In this document: one piece after another, positions 56,145 to 64,000 of the stretch
Numbering within the stretch: position 1 is the stretch's first letter
Layout of the letters: the number at the start of each line of letters is the position of its first letter
Assembly (NCBI GenBank): GCA_963706325.1
Contig: CAVPLT010000001.1
Coordinates: 864,001 to 928,000, forward strand
Direction of reading: 5' to 3'
DNA from: an uncultured Nitrospiraceae bacterium
GTDB taxonomy: Bacteria > Nitrospirota > Nitrospiria > Nitrospirales > Nitrospiraceae
DNA: 64,000 nucleotides
Made by a program: the position numbers and the translations under genes
The notes under the pieces: generated by a model
The model's input: only the letters and a program-made list of their open reading frames with translations
Told to the model about the DNA's origin: nothing
The model's database searches: none

Positions 56145-57907
56145 TTAGAAAACCTGCGCGACAAGTTGAAGATGGATACCATAATCCTGCAGATTGCCTT
56201 CACCGCTCCGTACGTGATTAAGTTGCTGGCCCCAGTATATTTCAAATCGCGCGCGTTCTTGGGGCAGGATCATCCATCGTACTCCCACACCGACGCTGGC
56301 CAAGGTTTGCAAATCGGGCGTGGGGCCTTTCGCGCTCCAAGCATGTCCGAAATCGACGAATTGTGCAAACTGCAGTCGGTCTTCACCGGATGCAAAGCGC
56401 AATAATGGAAATCGTGATTCAACTGAAGCCAATACGGCATCATCACGCACGAGGGTATTTTCCCGATAGCCGCGCACGGTGAAGCGTCCGCCGACGGGCA
56501 TTTGTTCTAGGGGAAAGAGCCGGTCGCTCGCCATTTGCGCAGCCACACGACCTAATAGCTGAACGCCCCACCAATCATCTAGTCGCTTCACCACTTGCGC
56601 CTGACCCAGCCAGGAGACAAATTGACCGTCGGGTAGAGGTCCATTGTTGATCGTGGCCCCCAGGACGTTCAGGCCGACGCTTACGCGCGAGAGAGCCGCG
56701 AAGACAAAAGATGGAGATCGATGCGTATATTCCTGGCTGAATCGGAGCGCGCTGACGGTAGCCACGCCGGTCGTGGAAGAGCCTGGAATGAACAGCGATG
56801 GGAGCCCGGGGGCGTCGAACGCCGACGTCGTCTTCAGATACAAATGCTCGCCGGTGAGGGCCAGGGCAAACTCGTCGCTGACAGTACGGTACACAGGCTG
56901 GCGCAATGTAAGGCCGATGACTTCGGAATCCACGTTTAGATCCAAGGAGCGAAAAGGATTCTCGACCACCAGGAAGTCATTGCGCCGATAGTTGGCGGTA
57001 AGGGTCGTCTCGTAGGAATTGAGCGGCAGACTATAGGACGTATCGATGATGGGGTTGACGCCGCGTGACCGTCCGTAGGTGAACGAAAATGGATCGCCAT
57101 GACCCGTCACGTTCTGGTGCGCCACCGTCGCTAGGCCCCGCTCAGCTCCGACGACCGGGGTTTGATAGTTATTGAAATCCAGCCAGGCCCTTTAAAGGGG
57201 TTGGCGTCCTTCACGCGCACATTCAGGACGCTTTCACCCCGGATGTCGCCCGGTTTGAGCTCGGCATTGATGCGTTCGATACGAGGATCCTGTTGCAGCA
57301 ATTGAATCCGTTCTTGGAGCGGCTGGATGCTAAGGGGAGTGGACACACCGCGCGCGACACGATCGCGCAGATACGAACTGCGAAACCATTGGTTGCCCTC
57401 CACATCGATGCGCGCGAGTTTGCCTTCAACCATCTGAATGACCACGAGCCCCATCCTGACATCTTGATCGGGAATGATGGCGCCGGAGGTAAGATATCCT
57501 CTATTGACGTACAAGAGGGTGAGCGCGAGACGAAGCCGTTCCAGGTCATCGCTGGTCACTTCACGGTTACGATAGGGAGCGGTGACTTCAGCGAGTTCCG
57601 CGTCCGAAAAGACGGTGCTCCCGGTCACGTGGATGTCATGCACAAATATCCGGATATTTCCCAAACGATTGTCGGCCGGTTTTTGAGGGGTGGTCGGCAC
57701 TTCCGGAAGTATCGAGCTCGGTGGTTCTGTCAGCGGAGCTTTGAACTCCTCCTTGAAGGGGGCAGGCGGTTTTCCCGATTTGCCGGTCGGGTCAAAAATC
57801 GGCGGGAGCGTGGGCGCCACCTGAGCAAGGGCTGGACCTTCGAGGAGCCAGAGGCTCATTAAAAGGCCAACGCACAGAGCCCGGCTATAGAAGATGCTCA
57901 AAGGCAT
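56145..57907 (-). pseudogene. ShlB/FhaC/HecB (TpsB) two-partner secretion transporter, split by one frameshift near 57190 (real or sequencing error)
   Basis: POTRA region (YVNRGYLTS..VEG) in one frame continues as AWLDFNNYQTP..VRGYREN..QVF barrel in another; break at CCCCTTTAAAGGG. Confidence 0.8.
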
Positions 57908-57942
57908 TCATTAACCTGTTCGTCGGTGTGCCGGCTCACCTG

Positions 57943-60900
57943 TCATGATCGACAGCCTGCCGTCCAATCGTGTATGCCTCGTTGGAATAGAGGATTCAGC
58001 TGTTCGATCCACGGTTCCGCTAGCGCTTGTCCCTGTCTCAAGGGATAGAGGGAGTCGCCGCCGACTGGAGAGGGTTGCAGAGAAGGCGTATCGTCTGCCA
58101 TCCATGTCATGGGGCTCATCTGCCATCCACCCGGTTCTGCGGGCAATGAATCCCGGCCCGCGATCACGAGGCTGCTCATGTGGCCATTCACCTGGGCAGC
58201 ACAGCGTTGTCGCATGAGTTGCTGCGCTTGCAGCGGTTGTTGCGGCAATGTGGTCAAGGTGTTACTGAGGCTCGACAGGGGCGATTGAATGTTCACGGCG
58301 CCGCTCAATCCGAATTGCGACGAGGCGCTCACGACGCTGCTTTGATCGGCGAGAAACGTGCCCGCAATGATGTTGATGTTTCCGCCTGACCCCTGCACCG
58401 CTTGCGCGAGCACCTGGCTGTTTTGCAGCGTGACGACGGCTGGGTCGAGGGTAATGTTTCCGCCGGAGGTGTTGGGGCCGCCCTGGACGGAGGTGCTGAG
58501 CTGGCTGTTGACGAGTCGGATTGAGTCGGTGGCCTGGATGAAAATATTGCCGCCGCTCGCCTGGTTCGCTTCCGTCGTGATGGACGAGTTTTGGCTTAGG
58601 AATTGCGGGCCGGCGTTGATGGCAATGTTACCGGCGTTGCCCAAATCGGTACTACTGGCGGAAATGGCCGCTCCGTCGCTCATGGTGACCTGGTCTTGCG
58701 CCTTGATGAAGATGCTCCCACCGCTCTGAGTACCTCGAGACAGGGCCGACACTCGACCTCCCTGCATCAGAAAAGTTCCGGTGGTCAGATCGATATTGCC
58801 CCCTTGCTCCTGCAGGTTGATGGACTGCGGTCTCACATCCGTCACGTTGGCCGAAATAGTGGAGTCGTGCAGTTCGACGGGGCCTCTGACGTTCAGAACG
58901 ATCTTTCCGCCGAGCGCATCGATATTGGTGTCCGTGAGCAGATCAGTTCCGGTGAGATTCACGGAAGTCCCGGGTGTTAAGGGTGCATCTCCCCGCGCCG
59001 GTGGCCTTCGCCCACTGATAGTGATCATCCCCGCACCGCCGCTGCCCGTACTGCTGCTGGAGATGACCACGCGAGCAGGATTATCGGGGTTTAATATTAT
59101 CGGCGAACCCAGAGTCCCTCCTGGCCCAGTTCCAGGCCGGGTGGTCAACTCATCGACTTGCAACTGAATGGTGCTGCCGATACGACTACCCCGGGTGGGT
59201 GCAATGATCCCGCCGCCGGTGATATCCAAGCTTTTCGCGGCGAGGAGAGTGCTGCCCTGGACGCTTCTGCCATCCGAGTTCACGGGGCCCCTTTCGCCCG
59301 CGCCGACGACGTCGATCAGATCACCTGCGCGGGTCCGGACATTGGACACATCGTTGGCTCGCGAGTTCAGGATCGTATGGTCAAGGGTGATGTTGCCGGA
59401 CCTGATTCTGAGATAGCCGGGAAGCCCGGAATGGAGAGCTTCGACCGTGACCTCTGAATTGACGAGATGGACTGTGCCTGTCGGTTTATCAGGGTAAAGG
59501 GTGTCCCAAATGGCGCCTTCGGTGAAATAGTGATCCCCGATGATTTTCGTGAGGCCTGCCTGAGCCCTCCCTCGACTGGTGTTGGTAATAAACGAATTGT
59601 TGGCGGTCACCGAGTTATCAGCCCGCAACCAAATCTCCCCTGCGGTTGGTCCTCCCTGGCACGTAGGGCACGTGCCGATATCCGACACCAGCGCGTCAGC
59701 CTTGACCGTGCTGTCATTCAGGACGATATCCGATGACATAATATCGATGTTACTCAGCCCCTGATATCGCGCGGGTTGACCGTTGGGTTTCGTCCCGTCC
59801 AGGTCGAAGTCTTGCGTCGCGACTGAAACGGTCGTGTCCGTCAACGATACCCGCTCTTGCCCTCGGAGAATTACTTTTCCGCCGGGGGCATTGCTTGTGG
59901 CTTGAGAATGAAGATCCGTACCTTGAAGGTCTATCCGACGGGAAAAATACATGGTCAGCGGATCGGTGCGCCCCAGCTCGGGCGTGAGAATAAAGGAGTA
60001 GTTTCGCGTCACGCTATGCGCGGCATCATGAAGACCTTGGATGGTAATATCGCCCGCTTGCCCGCCGAAACATTGGCTGCCACAGTTGCTGTCACTAGAA
60101 AAAAGAACACGTCCATCAGGTCCCGCGTGCGTCCTCAATGTATTCACATTCAAGGTGATCGCCCCGGCATCCGCCCCGCCGGTGGTGTCGGCCCTCAAGG
60201 AGGTCCCGTTCGCCAGCTCAACCTGTTGCGCCGTGATGACAATGTTGCCGGGGGCCACAGCTGGATCGGCGGTATTGGTGACGCCCGTCTCGATATGGGT
60301 GTTGCTCAGCCTGACCGCGTCAGCCGGTTCCCCTGCTTTTCCCCGAATGGCAATGGACCCAGCTCCGCCCTGGCCCGTGCTGGTACTGGCAATGGTCACT
60401 GGTAAAGCGCCGTTGAGAGCAATGCCGGCCGATCCGACATTGCTGCGGAAGGTGCCCGCCTCAAAGCTGATATCACCGGCCGTTCCGCCGGTGGTGGATG
60501 CGACGACGTTCGATCCATGCGAGAGGGTCACCTCCTCCGCTAGGACAGAAATACCCCCTGTTGCCGGAGCAGAGGGTGCTGCGTTCGGTGAGGTGGCCGT
60601 TGTGCTCGCCTCAAGACGAGCATTGTCCATGGTGAATTGTCCACCGCGGATTGCAATGCGCCCCGCAGTCGGTCCGCTCGTGTTCATCACACTTCCTTGA
60701 ACGAGCGAAATACTTCCCAGCGATGTGAAGCCGCTCAGCATAGACTCCCCGAGAGCCGCTGATGCTGTCGCCGACACTTCGCCGGCCGACGCGACCGCAA
60801 CCAGGGTGACCTGTCCACCCGGAGCGGCAAGCTGTGCCGGTTGGTCCGTGGTATGTTCGAGGACTCCACCGTGAGCGGTCAGATTGCCTCCCACCAAGGA

Positions 60901-61548
60901 CATGCCCTGCCCTTCCGAGACCGCCAGTTGGCCGCCCTGCAGGGTGATGGCCCCGGGGTTTGAGCCCAAGAATCCGAAGGCCGCTACCGGCGCACTCGTG
61001 ATCGAGGCGTCGAGCGATCCTGGAATCGCATTGAACCTGGCTCCATCTGCGAGGCGAAGATAATCAGCCGTTGTAAAACTGACCGATCCTCCGACATTTA
61101 ACGAAGCATTGGGTCCGAACACGATCCCGGCCGGGTTCATCAAAAACAAATTGGCGCTCGCAAAGCCAGTGGTTTGAATGGTCCCGAAGATGTTCGATGG
61201 ATTTCCGCCGGTGACACGGCCCAGAACATTCGACGTGCCGAGCCCCGAGTCGTTGAGAAAATTGGCCACGTTACTCGTGGGTACGCCGAATTCGCCGAAG
61301 CTGTGAAACAGGTTCGGACCGCTGCCAGGACGAGTGCCGCCGGTGATGTCATACACGTTGCCGCTTTTCGTGACGGTCGTATTCAGCCCCGACGAAGTGA
61401 TGGGCGCGGGCGCCTGGGCGCCCGCGCTATCCGGTAGACAAGGCGGGATCAGCCAACAGGCGAGCAGCACAGCAGAAAGATGTGGGCAACACTTATGGCT
61501 AGAACCAGTCAGAAGGCTGGTGAGCATAGGGCCTTTCTCATCAGTCAC
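57943..61548 (-). CDS. Filamentous haemagglutinin-family TpsA exoprotein
   Basis: Signal peptide; TPS domain NLFHSFGEF..NLFLMNPAGIVFG; GGxIxI beta-helix repeats; C-terminal RC..SSLVIAGRDSLP motif. Confidence 0.92.
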   Translation of the reverse strand: MTDEKGPMLTSLLTGSSHKCCPHLSAVLLACWLIPPCLPDSAGAQAPAPITSSGLNTTVTKSGNVYDITGGTRPGSGPNLFHSFGEFGVPTSNVANFLNDSGLGTSNVLGRVTGGNPSNIFGTIQTTGFASANLFLMNPAGIVFGPNASLNVGGSVSFTTADYLRLADGARFNAIPGSLDASITSAPVAAFGFLGSNPGAITLQGGQLAVSEGQGMSLVGGNLTAHGGVLEHTTDQPAQLAAPGGQVTLVAVASAGEVSATASAALGESMLSGFTSLGSISLVQGSVMNTSGPTAGRIAIRGGQFTMDNARLEASTTATSPNAAPSAPATGGISVLAEEVTLSHGSNVVASTTGGTAGDISFEAGTFRSNVGSAGIALNGALPVTIASTSTGQGGAGSIAIRGKAGEPADAVRLSNTHIETGVTNTADPAVAPGNIVITAQQVELANGTSLRADTTGGADAGAITLNVNTLRTHAGPDGRVLFSSDSNCGSQCFGGQAGDITIQGLHDAAHSVTRNYSFILTPELGRTDPLTMYFSRRIDLQGTDLHSQATSNAPGGKVILRGQERVSLTDTTVSVATQDFDLDGTKPNGQPARYQGLSNIDIMSSDIVLNDSTVKADALVSDIGTCPTCQGGPTAGEIWLRADNSVTANNSFITNTSRGRAQAGLTKIIGDHYFTEGAIWDTLYPDKPTGTVHLVNSEVTVEALHSGLPGYLRIRSGNITLDHTILNSRANDVSNVRTRAGDLIDVVGAGERGPVNSDGRSVQGSTLLAAKSLDITGGGIIAPTRGSRIGSTIQLQVDELTTRPGTGPGGTLGSPIILNPDNPARVVISSSSTGSGGAGMITISGRRPPARGDAPLTPGTSVNLTGTDLLTDTNIDALGGKIVLNVRGPVELHDSTISANVTDVRPQSINLQEQGGNIDLTTGTFLMQGGRVSALSRGTQSGGSIFIKAQDQVTMSDGAAISASSTDLGNAGNIAINAGPQFLSQNSSITTEANQASGGNIFIQATDSIRLVNSQLSTSVQGGPNTSGGNITLDPAVVTLQNSQVLAQAVQGSGGNINIIAGTFLADQSSVVSASSQFGLSGAVNIQSPLSSLSNTLTTLPQQPLQAQQLMRQRCAAQVNGHMSSLVIAGRDSLPAEPGGWQMSPMTWMADDTPSLQPSPVGGDSLYPLRQGQALAEPWIEQLNPLFQRGIHDWTAGCRS

Positions 61549-61565
61549 ACGTCTGCGTGCCGCTG

Positions 61566-64000
61566 TTAGGATCGACAGCCGGTTGTCCGGTCGAATACCA
61601 CTCGTTGTGATGACGAACCACGTTGATCAGACCACTGTCTTGAATGCCCCTGGATTTGCGGTGAGAGTTCGATGTCGGCTAAGTGAGCTTGTGGAGTCGG
61701 GACGTCGCCAGCCATCAACGCCATGGGGCTCATGAGCCATCCCCCTGGCTCCATTGGAAGGGAATCGCGCCCTGACACCACGAGGCTGCTCAGGTGACCA
61801 TTCGCCTGTGCGGCACAATGTTGCGTGAGTAGCGGCTGTGCTTGCAGCGGCCGTTGCGGCAGCGTCGCCAACGTGTTGCTCAAGCTCGACAAGGGGGATT
61901 GAATGTTCACGGCACCGCTCAATCCGAATTGAGATGAGGCACTGACGACGCTCGTCGGATCGGCAAGAAACGTCCCCGCGATGATGCTGATGTTGCCGCC
62001 TGCTCCCTGCACGGCTTGCGCGAGCACTTGGCTGTTCTGCAAGGTGACGACGGCCGGGTCGAGGGTAATGTTGCCGCCCGATGTGTTGGGGCCGCCTTGG
62101 ACGGATGTGCTGAGCTTGCTGTTAACGAGGCGGATCGAATCGGTGGCCTGGATGAAAATATTGCCGCCGCTCGCTTGAGCCGCTTCGGTGGTGATGGAGG
62201 AGTTCTGGCCCAGGAACTGCGGCCCGGCGTTGATGGTAATATTGCCCGCGTCGCCAAGGCCGATGCTGCTGGCCGAAACGGAGGCCCCATTATTCAAGGA
62301 GAGTGACTGACCCGCATTGATGGCAATGTCGCCACCGACACGCGTTCCTCTAGAAAGGGCGGAAATCTCTCCGCCCTGCATCGAGATACTTCCGCCCGAT
62401 ATAGCGATATTTCCGGTTTCCGCCTGGATGTTTGCAACGTTCGGTCGAACATCAGTTACGTTGGCTGATACGGTCGAATCGCGCAGTTCTATGGGGCCGG
62501 TCGCCCGCATTTCAATTTTTCCTCCGATTCCAACGCTGTTGGTTTCGGTCAGCACATCGGTTCTATTAAGAATGATGGAGGCCGAGGGCGGATGGGGAAC
62601 ACCGTCAGCTATCGGGACACTTACCCCAGTGATACTGACCAGGCCTGCCCCACCGCTGCCGGTGCTGTTGCTGGAAATCACGACCCTGGTCGGATCAGTG
62701 CCGTCGAGGACCATGGGAGAGGCAAGCGTTCCCGCTGGTCTGGTGCCGGGATGAGTGATCAACTGATCGGCATGCAATTCAATCCGATTGGCGATCCGAC
62801 TGCCCTGCGTAGGCGCGATAATTCCGCCACCGGTGATGTCAAGCACCTTTGCAGACATGTAGAGACTGCCTTGCACGCTTCGTCCATCGGTCACGGTTGT
62901 GCCCGCCTCGCCAGCACCAGCCACATCGATCAGTTGTCCTTGTGAATCTAGGACGTTCGTCACATTGTTTACTTTTGAATTGACGATAGAATGGTCAAGG
63001 CTGATGTTGTCAGCCCTGATTCTGAGATAGCCAGGCAATCCCTCGTGTTGAGACTCCACCGTGACTTCAGAATTCGTGAGCCTCACGGACTCCGCAGGAG
63101 CATCGGGGTATAGTGTGTCCCAGACGGCGCCGAATGAAAAATAATGGTCCTTGATGATCTTCGTGATACCGGCCTGGGCTCGTCCACGACTTCTATTCGC
63201 GATTAAAGAGTTATCCGCCGTTAGTGAGCGTTCCACGCGCAACCAGATTTCGCCGGCGCTCGGTCCTCCCTGACAGTATGGACAGGATCCAATATCAGAG
63301 ACATCGGCGTCGGCCTTAATCGTGCTGTCTTTCAAAACGATATCGTGCGCCATGATATCGATGCGGCTAAAGCCCTGATTATTTGCTGGCTCGCCATTGG
63401 GTTTCAGGCCGTTGATTTCAAAATCTTGTGTCGCGACTGAGACGGCGCTGTCGCTGAACGAAGCCGGTCCGTTCGTTCGCATGATGACCTTGCCGCCCGG
63501 CGCGTTAGCATAAGCGTCCGAATGGATATCGGTGCCTTTAAAGTCAAACTCTTTTGCGAAGTAGTAAGTGATGGGCCTGTTCGGCTCGGCATCTGGCGTC
63601 GTGACGTGGCGATAAATTCGTGTGGTGGGTGGCGTCACGCCTGGCATGCCTTGAATGGTGATGTCAGCCGCTTGTCCCCCCAGGCATTGGCTCCCGCAGT
63701 TGCTGTCGGCCGAAATCAGTACACGGCCATCAGGCCCCGCTTGCGTCTTAAGCGTGTCCAGGTTCAACGTGATCGCCCCGGCATCCGCGCCACCGGTGGT
63801 GTCCGACCGGAGGAGGGTGCCGTTCGTCAACTCCACCTGTTGTGCTGTGATGGCAATGTTTCCAGGTGCAACTCTCGGATTGGCGGCATTGGTGACTCCT
63901 GTCACGATATGGGTGTTGCTCAGGAAGACCTCGTGAGCCGGTCCTCCTGCCGCTCCTGTAATGGAAATCGATCCGGCTCCGCCGTGACCCGTACTTGCGC
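61566..64000 (-). CDS. Second TpsA/FHA-like paralog (5' end beyond the window)
   Basis: Frame open to the window edge; collinear with the 57943-61548 protein, including its C-terminus. Confidence 0.9.
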   Translation of the reverse strand, partial: ASTGHGGAGSISITGAAGGPAHEVFLSNTHIVTGVTNAANPRVAPGNIAITAQQVELTNGTLLRSDTTGGADAGAITLNLDTLKTQAGPDGRVLISADSNCGSQCLGGQAADITIQGMPGVTPPTTRIYRHVTTPDAEPNRPITYYFAKEFDFKGTDIHSDAYANAPGGKVIMRTNGPASFSDSAVSVATQDFEINGLKPNGEPANNQGFSRIDIMAHDIVLKDSTIKADADVSDIGSCPYCQGGPSAGEIWLRVERSLTADNSLIANRSRGRAQAGITKIIKDHYFSFGAVWDTLYPDAPAESVRLTNSEVTVESQHEGLPGYLRIRADNISLDHSIVNSKVNNVTNVLDSQGQLIDVAGAGEAGTTVTDGRSVQGSLYMSAKVLDITGGGIIAPTQGSRIANRIELHADQLITHPGTRPAGTLASPMVLDGTDPTRVVISSNSTGSGGAGLVSITGVSVPIADGVPHPPSASIILNRTDVLTETNSVGIGGKIEMRATGPIELRDSTVSANVTDVRPNVANIQAETGNIAISGGSISMQGGEISALSRGTRVGGDIAINAGQSLSLNNGASVSASSIGLGDAGNITINAGPQFLGQNSSITTEAAQASGGNIFIQATDSIRLVNSKLSTSVQGGPNTSGGNITLDPAVVTLQNSQVLAQAVQGAGGNISIIAGTFLADPTSVVSASSQFGLSGAVNIQSPLSSLSNTLATLPQRPLQAQPLLTQHCAAQANGHLSSLVVSGRDSLPMEPGGWLMSPMALMAGDVPTPQAHLADIELSPQIQGHSRQWSDQRGSSSQRVVFDRTTGCRS

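Noticed and set aside
57188..57200. Programmed -1 ribosomal frameshift in tpsB
   Set aside because: Zero-frame codons are CCC TTT AAA GGG, so the TTTAAAG heptamer is not in X_XXY_YYZ phase; an indel is more plausible
57943..64000. TpsA as CdiA contact-dependent toxins, or CxxC motifs as heme c sites
   Set aside because: No VENN/toxin C-terminus or immunity ORF; C-termini are conserved rather than variable; motifs are CxxCQ, not CxxCH
1..64000. rRNA, tRNA, CRISPR array, transposase, integrase or prophage genes
   Set aside because: None recognised; intergenic gaps show no cloverleaf or regularly spaced repeats

Overview
Bacterial chromosomal window, probably from a Nitrospira-like organism (inferred from gene repertoire and intergenic repeat style; no marker gene present). 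Bases 1-38 kb are mostly housekeeping: rmuC end, MazG-like, PilZ, panC-folK-dapL, wzm/wzt, pmtA-like, ABC transporter, truD, a TIGR00300 + amidinotransferase pair resembling a split ArgZ/AgrE, gpsA, larB, larC, pdxA-rsmA-ftsK-lolA. Bases 38-64 kb form an all-minus-strand accessory envelope/signalling island: two paralogous FHA-like TpsA genes, a frameshifted TpsB, an exported TPR-CHAT caspase-like protease and two DUF928 proteins; then a 41-aa membrane peptide plus an RHH protein; then a collapsed and a full TonB-dependent receptor, a REC + 8xPAS protein with no output domain, a periplasmic binding protein, two histidine kinases and a response regulator. Read by eye, three promoters in the island share a sigma54 -24/-12 box (one degenerate) and an upstream TGTATC-N6-GATACA palindrome, clearly tandem at 21-bp spacing at two of them. 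Four copies of a MITE-like element each start exactly at a gene's stop codon. No rRNA, tRNA or CRISPR array was recognised. All calls are by-eye motif recognition; no searches were run.
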